A stretch of DNA of 63,569 nt, the filler included, from Phoronis australis (Eukaryota; Animalia; Phoronida), in assembly GCA_002633005.1 (NCBI GenBank). It is 4 parts of 4 records of this genome, joined end to end, with 100 filler letters (N's around TTAATTAATTAA, not from the genome) between each part and the next. Parts side by side here need not be neighbours in the genome. Positions count along the whole stretch, not along the records: positions 40,838 to 60,161 come from NMRA01001080.1; positions 60,262 to 63,569 come from NMRA01003097.1; 2 more parts are not named here. The stretch is one strand, 5' to 3'. The notes under the pieces are model-generated. The model did no database searches. It had not been told where the DNA came from and saw nothing but the letters and a program-made list of their open reading frames with translations. This document shows, piece by piece, positions 52,980 to 63,569 of the stretch. The translations under genes were made by a program, and so were the position numbers. How positions within the stretch are numbered: the stretch's first letter is position 1; each line of letters opens with the position of its first letter.

Positions 52980-53460
52980 TATTTATTTATTTATGTAATT
53001 ATTTAAATTTCTTTAAAAAGGCTGAGTGACCACCTCACTGAATCTACTGATTTCCAAGTGGTTTGTCTTAAAATTGAAATACAAAAATATGTGTAATATG
53101 AAATTACGAGGACTATTGAAATAAATAAATGTTTAAATATTTAATTATAATTATAGTAATAAATTATTTAACAATATCAAATAAATAAGTTGAATATTAA
53201 TAGAAATTAGGAAGTATACATATTAAATCCGGGAAGGCATAGCAAGGTAAGTACTGCTGTCCCAAACCTGTGGAGAATAGGTATCTCTTAAGTTCTTAAC
53301 TCTCTGAAGACCTCTTTGAAGGCAAATACGTGACAGCAGTGTGCAGCCCAGGAATGGCCTTGAAATGAACGTTTGCTGTGTGTCCCTCTCAAGGTCGCAG
53401 ATTCGGCCTTGAATGTCTTGCATAAGGCTACACATATCAGTGAACTTTCTACAGTACATA
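52980..53460 (-). mobile_element. Possible decayed LINE 3' end with (TAAA)n tail
   Basis: RICDL...FLGCTLLSRI weakly resembles a LINE C-terminal motif; (TAAA)n on the minus strand near 52980. Confidence 0.3.
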
Positions 53461-54119
53461 TTTAGTGTGTCATGCTATTGTTCACTCTGACCAAATTTCA
53501 TTTGTTGTAGGTGTTCAAGGTGAACTCTCAAAAAACACATGTTACTGTTTACTTAATATGCCCTCACTGCAAAAATTGGGCATGGGCATATACCATATAG
53601 TGTGTCTGGGCATATAGTTTGTCTGGGTGTCCCGACATCTTGCCATTGTATCTCCTAAGCCTCCTCCACCCCTGTGTTGGGTCGTAAGGAGATTTGGCAG
53701 ATGTGCTTCTATGAAACTGACAACAGACGAGAATGAGTTTTGGACCGATCTGACTACCGCTCCGTCCCCTGGTGGCAATTTTAGTTTTTACATTCGCCTC
53801 TGTATCTTTGGAGTTCCTTGACAGATTTTCGTGGAATTTTGCAATAGGTTTCTATTGAAGAGGTGACGTTGATTTTTGAACAAGTTCAATTATTTTGGCG
53901 CCTTCTAGTAGCTATGTTGTGTTTTTTTTCCGTCTACAGATGTATCATTTTAATGCTTTGGAGGATCGTGAAATTTTTCAGATGTTTTCCTATGAAGGTG
54001 GCATTGGATGATGATTAAATTCAGATCAATATGACTAATCTTGTGCCCCCTAGTGGCAATTTTATATTTTACATTTTTTAATGAGTTCACTGATGGATTT
54101 TTGTTGAATATGGCAAATA

Positions 54120-54576
54120 CCGTATTCGCCGTAATAACCGCCCATGCCCCTATAAGCGCCCCCCCACACGTTTTCAGACTTTGCTGGAATAAGCGCCCAG
54201 TCCATGAATGTGTACATGCGAACAATGACGTACCTTCAGTCCTAAAACTTGGCTACAGTAACGTCTTCAATTTATCAAAAAAGTTTTGCACAGGTCTTCT
54301 AGACCACCAGCGGCACTGCTACGTTTGTATTTAGCCGTGACAATACACTTCAAAGTAACACAGCGCTTCAAAAAAACGCAACAGCGTTGCTACTTTCGTG
54401 ACGACCGTGTCCCACTATGGTCTGACCTTACAGTACACTTTGTACAATTTGATGAATCTTAGCTTCCGATTTCACCCGTTTCGGAGACCGGGTTTCAACC
54501 GCCTTGGGTTATAATAAGCGCCCCCCTTGAACCGAACTTTTCTAAGCGCCCTGGGTGGTTATTACGGCGAATACGG
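54120..54576. mobile_element. Tc1/mariner-pogo type MITE
   Basis: Perfect 20-bp TIR CCGTATTCGCCGTAATAACC flanked by TA on both sides; internal TAAGCGCCC repeats. Confidence 0.85.
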
Positions 54577-57500
54577 TAGTTACTATTATGGAGACAACAA
54601 CACCTTTCTATTTCTCAATCGAATCTGCGTCATGTTAAGTGGCCACTTTTTTTGATTTTTTTGGTGTCGGCCTCTGTATCTGTCAAACCGCTCGAAGAAT
54701 CGCTATGAAGGCAAATTTGTTTCTATTTACAAGAGCTTAGATCTGACTACTGTAGCCCTAAGCATATGCATTTTACATCAGCTTTCAAAACTTGACAAGT
54801 AACTGTGTATTCCTGCGAACTTGACAACAGCTGGTGACTTCTTTCACAGGGATCTACTGTGCCTGACCCAGTTCCAGTTTGATTTTTTCTGTTCCATATG
54901 AATTTTCATGCAATTTGGCAATTAACCAAGTCTTCCCATTTTCGGATGAGTCGGATGTAGTCTGTGTCCTCAAGTGACCAATGAACATCATTCAAACGAG
55001 ACCAGATTCCTGTTGTGGATGCATTTCAATGCTTGGTCATCTTTGAATGTGTCTGTTGGAAAAATGACGTTTTTGTCACACAAATTGACAGTTTTAACCA
55101 TGTTGATCAAGAAGAGGGGGAATTTTTCAAGACTCATTGTAAGCTAATGACTGTAGCCGTAGTTACATTATGACTTAAATAATTGGCTGTTACATTTGCA
55201 GCTCTGTGGTAAACTTGTAAACTGAACATGTCTGACTTGCCTACATCAGCCTCCCGTTCAGTAACGCTAGGACCTCGTTAAAAAGCAAGACTTCGCGCAA
55301 TACGTGAGATATTGCTGTGCATTTTAAATAAGAACACGTGACTTGACTAGGTTTTAGCTAGGTCCTAGCAGTAGGTCCTAGTGTATACCCATGCCAGGTG
55401 TCTGATTGTTGACAATGGCACTCAAGGAAGGATAGCAGTAAGTACTAATGGTGCAGACTCTGTCAACTTGTCAACTTGTCCATTAATTAATGGAAATGAA
55501 ATTAGGTGATTGGTTCATTTCTAAAATATTCTATCATCCCCTTGGCAACCAGTGATCATGTGACTGCATTATATGTTTACATTAGGGTTATTAATTTTCT
55601 ACTGTCACCACTTCAGTACTTCAAATTAAAATGTATCTGTCTAGATATTTTAATCATGTTTACTTACTGTGTGTGGTGGGGGGATTCCATTGTTGCTCTT
55701 TTTCAAATTCTGTTTAATCTTGGCGTGTCTTAACTAGGTATCTCATCCAGTCCATCATTGTGAAACAATACAGAAATGTGTGTATGACCCAGTTGTGTGG
55801 AAAGGCAATAACTGTGAAAAAGATTTAAAAATCCTTTTTTCTTTGGTCGCAGTCACTTGCAAGTGCTTTTTTTTGAGCTGTCTGGCAGATTGTTGGCGGT
55901 GATACACTTTCGGCACTACGGATCTTGCTAGGGGGACTAGTGCAGTAATGTGCTGTTCTCGCCATATAAATTATTTCACAGTGTAACATTTTTTACTAAC
56001 CACTTGTCACGGACATTTCTGTACATGTCAGTGCTTGGGTTAAACACAATAACTAGTTACAAAACTACCAAGTCATTATCCCAGGAACTGTATGTAAACA
56101 TACAGCAGTAAAATGAATCAATATTGATAACCAAGTCATATCAGTCACTCTGTCGCTGACTGCAACCTGTTGCAAGAAGTTTTCTCCCTCCTGTTAAGTT
56201 GTGCAATGGTAAATTTTGTTGTCAAATCTGAACGAAAATAATGTCGAAACAATGATTTTCCATTTTTCAAAAACAGACTGCACTGTTAAAATACTCATGC
56301 TTTCACCAAATTCACCATGCGTTGCTCGGCAACAGTTGAATAATACAAGCTGTGCTAAAATAAAGACAGTTTGCTATAAACCTGCATTCCTTGATTGACA
56401 ACAAATTTTTTTTGATCACTTACGATTATGAAATGGGTTTCAAAATTGTTTCTCAATCAAGTTAGAGGTGATTTTAGAGCTTCAAGTTCATAAAATTTCA
56501 GGCGACACTTTGATGTGAAACTTAGTGAGCTTGATCTGTTCAGTGCTTCCTCAGCCTTTAGATCACTTGTAGACTGAGTATGGAACGAGATAAGAACAAC
56601 TTTTGTAAGAGACATAAATGATAACTTTTTCAAAGGTTTTCAGTATTTGTAGCAATGTTGTAAGCCTGTGTAAAATCCAAAAATTGTAATTTTAGCAAAT
56701 ATTAGTTTCCAAATTCCAGAATTTTTACCATATATGCCAGTTACTGTGCACAGATCCCGACAAACCCGTAACGTTAGCAGCTGGTTTCTGCCATTGAGGT
56801 CACAGTGTAAAAATAGTGACCAGCCCAGTAGAGTCAGTCTAATACCACTTCTCAGGTAGAGGAGCAGTGTTTCTTATGAAACTACCGTACTCGTCTGGTT
56901 TGTCACCCAGGGCACTTGAATTGGGGAGCCAAAAAATCAGGGAGTGGCCATTAAGCCGAACAGGGGGTGCTTAAATGATGTTTTGTGAAGTTAGGGGATT
57001 ATTCAAACATTGTGCATATGTAACAAGCTATCAATAAACTGTTCACGCGAAAACTTTCACTTTTTACATACGAGTAAGATCGTCGAGATAAATAGTTTAC
57101 TGAGTATTTTGACATTAGAATGTGCATGAGCTAAAGAGGCCATTTCATATCTTCTCCACTAAAGAGTGAGTCTGGGTATTTTCCCACCCAAATGTGGCGA
57201 GGTTCCACCGACTGATAGTAACTCAAAGGAAATCCTAAGTTGCGGACTTAAATTTAGGGGCTAAAATTTTGATGAGATAGCCACGTAGTGTGATATAATG
57301 TGCCTGTATTTTGAGAACCAGTTTGATGCCCGTTATTCATTGGAGAAAACTATTTCTCAAAATTGGGGCGCGTCCGAGATGGGCATTGACCAAGACACAG
57401 GCAGTTATACTGAAGTCTCTGTGTATAAATTGGGAGTAGGTGTTAACCTGAGCGAGAATGTTAACCTAGACAGGTTGCTTATACAGACACTGCCAATTAG

Positions 57501-59639
57501 AAACCATATTCTTCGGATATAATGTGTTGCTGTGCATCAAAACGTGATTATTGGTGCTCCATGGAGGGGCAAGTTAAAATTTCAAATTTCAAGGTTGTAG
57601 TTAGTGGCCAAATTAAGTGGGATGTATAGAGAGATTGAGGTTACAAAATATTTAACCATTGACAGGTTGAAAAGTGAAGTATGAAAACAAATTAGCGTAA
57701 ATACTGGTAAAAGCATGAAGTACTGGAACAGTTATGCAAAGTAAAAATCGTTGCTTTGTGACACATCATACGTTTGGAGCATGTAGCATTGGTTGGAAGG
57801 TTTTCTGTACTCGGAAAGCTTTTTTCAAATTGAAACTATTTTTCACGGTAGTGTATTCATGAGGTCGAAGAGAGGACATTTGGAGACTTTAGTGTGTTAC
57901 TTTTTCTTTAGTTTTCTTAAACTCTCACTTTTGTGAAGTTCGTTTTTGTCGGTAGAAAATCTCGGAAGTGACGCCTGTTCTTGTTTGGTAAAACATCCAT
58001 TCACTCTATTTGCAGCTTTTTGGGCAGCAGATGCCCCTGAGTTTGCATTATAACAAGTACAGGATAAAGCATATGAAGTGGTAGCCACGGAACATGCATT
58101 TTGAAAATACATGATGTAGCATACAGTGTGATGGCCCATGCTATTTCATACTTCTGTCACAGAATGGATAACTTAACAAGAGACAAAAATACTGTCCTTC
58201 TCCTGTTGTAAATATAACTGAACAAATTTGACGTCTGCTTTTTCCTTGTGAATTGAGGGATCGGAGAGATTGTCTTTTTCTTGGTGAGAAGTCAAAAAAG
58301 ACATCTTTTTGTTAATCCTACGACTGTTGCCGTATGTTGTTGCTGTGTACCAGGAGAACGTTATCCTTAGAAAAAGTTACATAAAGGCACGCACCACGCA
58401 CTGCATTATGGGATTGTTGAATAGACTGAACATTGTGGGCTGCACAGCTGGTAAGATACAGTAGTGAGCGGTGGTAGTGGCAGACCTCAGGTTGGTTTGT
58501 GGTCAGGTACGCCAGTTTAATTTCTTTAGTTGTGCCAAAGATACTACAGTTACTACAGTATCTTTGGTTGTGCTTCGATAGAAGAGACCTGATCTCAGGG
58601 ACCATTGTCTCATAGAGTGACCACCTCTCTGCTTTTGTTTTGGAATATGTTTCAGAAATTTCTACAGTGTATTCCAAAGTGTGAATGAATATCGAAAAAG
58701 TTTGTTTTCCAAGTTGACAGTATCCATTTTAGTTCCACGTGATAATTCCAGGTATTACAAAGGAACTTTCAATTCTGATGTCCGGAGTTTGCAAATTTTA
58801 TTCTGATATATTTGAAATCAAATAGATTTCACTTATTGTTTCTGTGTTTCTACGACTACATTCACCGTCGCAATTTTTATTCTAGATTTTATTGCAGCTT
58901 CTTGTTTTTAACGATTGTTTCCCCGGGCTCATTGTGAATGTGTTACAAAACTGATGTGCGATTGTCACTTGCTGTTTTTTGCTCTCAAATTTTTAAGGAT
59001 GCACTGTTCTGCTCATATTCATAGTTTTAAAGCCTATCTTCAACGGTAACACATGTAAATTTGGTTCCTACAGTATGTTAAGAGCATCCCTTTTAGCCCA
59101 CTAGTGCCTTAAATTGCCAAATGTAAGGAAGTGTTAGGCGTATTAGCTTGCTTTTGTCTACATCATCCCAAGAATCACCTTTTAATTCAAACAGCTGCCA
59201 GTTCAGACCCCTATTCAATACAACCTGTTATAGGCTTTTTGTTAATTGTGCTGGGACCTTTGCAACATGGTACAAAAAGGCAGCTTCACTTATCATTTGA
59301 CAGGCTTACACTTATGTGATTGAACTCACGTTTTCTTATTTTACTAAGTCTGCATGGACTATCTGGTTAGCCTAATACATCTAAAGTTAAGTTGCTAGTA
59401 GTTGTTGCTATGCATGAAATAAGCCCCATGTCATAGTCAACTACACAGTACTGAATGCACACAGTTTATTGAAATAAGTTTTGATGTGCATCAGCTTCCA
59501 ATTAATTTTTGTGAACCTGGTTATGTTTTGGAGACTGACAAAATTGTTATTTTCCACTTTTCCAATGTTTTCATCTGCTCACAGGGTTACCATAATGTTT
59601 GATCAGACAGCCAAGTGCCACTGCACCAACCATGATTAT

Positions 59640-60161
59640 GATATAAATATGTGGACGCATTATGCCGTCATCTCCGTCCGTCCATCCGTACGGGCGGCGT
59701 CCGTCCGGCTTCCGGCGTCCGCTGCTCTATCTCCAAAACCCTTTGACATATGTTCATGAAATTTGGCACATATGTTCCATTCATGAATGGGACGGCATGT
59801 GCGAACTTTCGGACGGATCCGACTACCGGTGTGACCCTAGTGGCAATTTTATTTTTTTACGCTTACCTTTGTATCTTCAAAAGTCCTGAACGGATTTTCA
59901 TGAAATTTGGTATGTAGGCACCTATTAGTGAGATGACACTATCCTTCCGTTTTCAGATGGATTCGACCTAGTTTGCGCCACCTAGTGGCCATTTTTAGTG
60001 TTTTCGAGTCTGTTTTTGTGCGTCAACCCCTCTATCAACCAAATCGCTTAAAGGATAATTGTGAAAATTGGCATGTATATGCTTACTATGTAGGGGACGG
60101 TTGATGATGATTTTCCGACAATTTCGACTACTGTGGCGCCTCCTAGTGGCAGTTTTTTTTT
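59640..60161 (+). mobile_element. HINE/DINE-like (Helentron-associated) repeat with internal ~150-bp tandem units; related copy at 53600-54720
   Basis: TCCG microsatellite near the 5' end, then repeated ATGAAATTTGG...CCTAGTGGC units. Confidence 0.5.
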
Positions 60162-61449
60162 NNNNNNNNNNNNNNNNNNNNNNNNNNNNNNNNNNNNNNN
60201 NNNNNTTAATTAATTAANNNNNNNNNNNNNNNNNNNNNNNNNNNNNNNNNNNNNNNNNNNNCATTTCTCAATGCTGAAGTGCATTCCTTTTCCCCATTTC
60301 CTATACATCATGTAATTCCTCATTACCGACAGTATTGATATGTTAACTTGATTTCTAAAGCAGATATCCCTCAAACCAAAGCCAACTAAGCACATTTTTC
60401 ATTGGTTAATCTCTCACAAAGCAACTGCAATTAATCAACCACAAAAGGGAAATTTCATTACAAACTGCACAGGTAATCGGGAATTTTGGATACGTCTTAT
60501 TGGTTGGGTCTTGCATTCCCAACTGTTTCCGTCAGTTTCCTGTATTTTCTTCTTCAATATCTGCCTGATGGTGCTTCAAAATTCTGATATTTTTTTGATA
60601 TTTAAACTTTGATCTAAATGCCCCAAATCCATACCTTTTCATGTACATTGTGATTTTTTAGGCTTTAAATGTAAGCAGAATATGAATAGATTCGTAACAG
60701 TTGGCAGCCTTGCATTCGAGTCCTTTTTGGAAAATGAAAACTTTAAATCAAAATAAATTTTAGTATAGGAGTAAAGAGTGGGCAGTGACAAATCGATTGA
60801 GGTATATATCATTTTTGTAGGATATATACAGGATTGAATAGGGACCCCGGGACTACTTTTTCATTCTGCTCATTACAGTATCAATAAAGCACTTATTTAC
60901 GACTTAATTGTAGCGGCAATTGTCAACACCCAGGATGAACCTGGGACGGTCTCACCAAAAACCTATGAACCTGCCAAAGAGTAGGACAGTTGGCTTGATG
61001 AGGATGTCCCCTGTCCAAGGCAAGGAAATTAATATATGTCCGACATTCCACGTTGCCGTTGGCTGATTTCTGACCATCATAAACACAACCAAGTTGCAAA
61101 GCTAAAATATTACACAACATGTGGTCCGAGCATTTATATTCATCACCACAGCTTAAAAACCTGAACATTACAACCGTAATTGTTTTAAACAGCACAACTG
61201 GTTATACACCCTTCACCCAGTGACAGTGACTAAGGGACCGAACACTTTTTCATAAACCTTGCGATTTTAAGCGAGTTTTGAGGTTATCTTTGACTAGATT
61301 GCGGGACAAGACGCAGGACCTGCGAATAAACTGAAGTTCTGCATGAATTGTACATATTTAGATGACATTTCGCGCAACAGAAAACAATGCATGGTTTTTA
61401 TTTTGAGGAGATGGGGTGTGATTTAACAAATGACTTCGTAAAACTATCG

Positions 61450-61730
61450 CTCACCGCCATATTGAAAATTAAAGAGGAAGGACATTGGGAAGAGCATTGT
61501 GGGATATGGAACAGTCTCGTTCATTTCTCGTTTCCCTTGTAAGTTTTTGCCCTACAGTATAGCAACAGAAGAATTTCAGATATTGTTGACAAACATTATA
61601 TCTTTAGAATTATATCTTAAGCTATACTGATGAAGTTAAATGATAAATAAATGTCAACAAATACAAATCTTTTACCAAAACGGAAAGAGGTCACGTGATC
61701 TTTTACGAGACTTGAAACATAGCAACCAAA
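61450..61730. promoter_or_regulatory. Probable bidirectional promoter upstream of DRC1
   Basis: RFX half-sites (C/T)ATAGCAAC at ~61558 and 61718; E-box GTCACGTGA at 61690; ZNF143/STAF-like GCATTGTGGGA at 61494. The minus strand has a pyrimidine tract CTTCCTCTTT followed by ATGGCG|gtgag. Confidence 0.5.
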
Positions 61731-61791
61731 ACACACTGCAAGTTCGGTGACTTTTTCAGTCTAAGTGGTCATCCATTTTCACGGCATAACG

Positions 61792-61907
61792 ATGAGCTCA
61801 AGTGGAGAAGAAGAAGAAACAGGACCTTCTGTGGATTCCAATGATCCTGAAGAGAGAATCGCTGCTCGCCGCCTCAGGATCCAGAGACGAATCGAGCTTG
61901 CAAAAAG
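61792..61907 (+). CDS. DRC1: Dynein regulatory complex subunit 1, coding exon 1
   Basis: MSSSGEEEETGPSVDSNDPEERIAARRLRIQRRIELAK matches the DRC1 N-terminal motif PSVxSxxxxERIxARRLRI; donor AG|gtaac. Confidence 0.92.
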
Positions 61908-62094
61908 GTAACAAGTCACTCCACACTTGTTGTTTTTCCAATCTAATTCTGGTCACAGGCACGGGCGTCTCTAGCTTCTGATCGTCCTCATGTACTATGT
62001 ATAATATCACTATAAATGTATTTGTATTGAAGGCCTCTGGCCCAAAGTACAATAAACAAAACAATTAATCAGGCACATTTGCACAAGCAGTCAA

Positions 62095-62520
62095 CCCATT
62101 TAAGAGTTGTTCTCGTCTTTTAAGGGCAAAATACACATATTTAACAGCAGAGATATATCTGGATTAGCGAGCAGGCGTATACAGGATTCTTGAGTTGGAT
62201 GCCTCCATTGAAATTCCTTCATAAAACGTGACCTAAGTTCACAATATCCCTTGCAAACCAACAGGAAATGGTATTCATCCTCTACAAGATCATCATTGCA
62301 AGCCATACATAATCTATTGTAATATTCCACTTTCTCGTGTCTACCCACTTCCACTTGTAGTCTGTGGTTGGAGCAACGTAAACGAGAAAACGCTTGAATA
62401 AGACTATTGTGTAGCGGTAACTTAAGATATGGTTCAAAACAGTACAGAGTCTTAAAGTTAGAGTAGAATTTAAGTTTTGCATTATGCTCAATTTCTGATC
62501 GCCAACCTTGCTCATAACAG
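62095..62520 (-). mobile_element. CR1/L2-group LINE 3' fragment in DRC1 intron 1
   Basis: EVGRH....NRLCMACNDDLVEDEYHFLLVCKGYCELR is the typical C-terminal motif of these LINE ORF2s; frameshifted upstream. Confidence 0.8.
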
Positions 62521-63194
62521 TCATTTACTCTTTGCGCGAAGAAACTTAAACACGATGTATAATACTAAAAGGTCTAACTCTCGAGACTAGGAATTCCACG
62601 GGTGCTTCATTAACCTGTCCATATCAAGTACAAATCTCAATAAATTTACTCAAATAGGGTTTCAACAAACCATGAACAATTGTTCTTTCTCCTGATACCA
62701 TAGACGCCAATTATAGTCATACAGCGACTAAGACGGCGCCGTTCTCCAGCGCAGCGGCAACGAGTTCGCAACAAATTTGCGATCGAAACACAAAAAATCT
62801 TCCCAAAGCCGATGTATCACTACATCTGCGAACCTGCCTCTGCTGTATAACTAATATATTATAGTAATAAATATTAACATATGCCACCGGCTGCTTCATC
62901 TATGACTTGCCATTATTGAGTCTACCTTTCCCCAAAACAAAAGAAACTGTCGTCAGTGGTTTGGAAATGCAATAATACGACACATAAAGTGAGGAAAACC
63001 CTGCTTGCAATAGTGCAGACCCAAACATTGATGAAACTACGTATTTTGGAAAAATCATTCGTGAATTTTCATTTCGCGAATGCTTTTTGGCCTTGCTAAT
63101 TATAGAAAAAATAATACTTAGTCACACTATATCTTCTTATTGCTTGACTACAAATTGGCCAAGGTTTTATTTGGAGTATTCCTGTATTTCATAG

Positions 63195-63504
63195 AGCTGC
63201 CATGGGTGAGGATCCGAATGACAAAAAGGAGGTCAAGGAAGAAATGAGCAAGTCTCGTAAACAGATTGAAGAAAGTCGATTGCGCATCTATAAACTACGG
63301 CAGGATGGCACGGACCTTGTGACGAATATCCGCGTGGCAGGGAATGCGAGAGAAGGCATGCGTCGGGGTGAGGAAGAGGATTCCCAACGACAGAGGAAAG
63401 AGAAGTTGGAGGCAGAGGCCAAGGCAGGAGCTGAGAGGTTTGAGGAGATTACAAAGAAGTGGGAGTCAGCCTTGCAGAAGGAGATTCCTCAGGATTTACA
63501 AGAT
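63195..63504 (+). CDS. DRC1: Dynein regulatory complex subunit 1, coding exon 2 (gene continues beyond the window)
   Basis: AAMGEDPNDKKE...SKSRKQIEESRLRIYKLRQDGTDLVTNIRVA...FEEITKKWE...IPQDL; tttcatag acceptor in phase 2; gtaagt donor. Confidence 0.93.
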
Positions 63505-63569
63505 GTAAGTGTTTTGTTGATGACTAGTGTATGGGTGACTAGTGTATGGGTGACTGGATAGTGCTTGGT

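Overview
AT-rich animal (probably marine invertebrate; not determined) genomic scaffold with several N-gaps. It is not prokaryotic, and I saw no CRISPR array, rRNA or intact tRNA. Reading splice sites by hand gives three genes: (1) a complete 11-exon minus-strand gene (18342->7362, 453 aa) encoding an HMG20/BRAF35-like HMG-box protein with an extra C2H2 zinc finger on its own exon; (2) a frameshifted two-exon UDP-glucuronosyltransferase (28509->22373, minus); (3) the first two coding exons of DRC1/CCDC164 (61792->63504, plus), preceded by a probable bidirectional promoter. The 19-42 kb region holds many nested, decayed transposons: an ISL2EU-like element (THAP plus YqaJ remnants, AT TSD), a P-element/THAP9 remnant, a Kolobok-like element with ~310-bp TIRs inserted in a Penelope GIY-YIG remnant, a LINE RNase H 3' end, an inverted tRNA-derived pair and several MITEs. 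In-frame TA-CATG-TA insertions inside three decayed coding sequences look like transposon excision footprints. The 43-59 kb region has no recognisable coding exons but carries a splice donor and a cluster of CTCF-like motifs. Two long tandem duplications abut gaps and are probably assembly artefacts. All family assignments rest on motif recall, not database searches.
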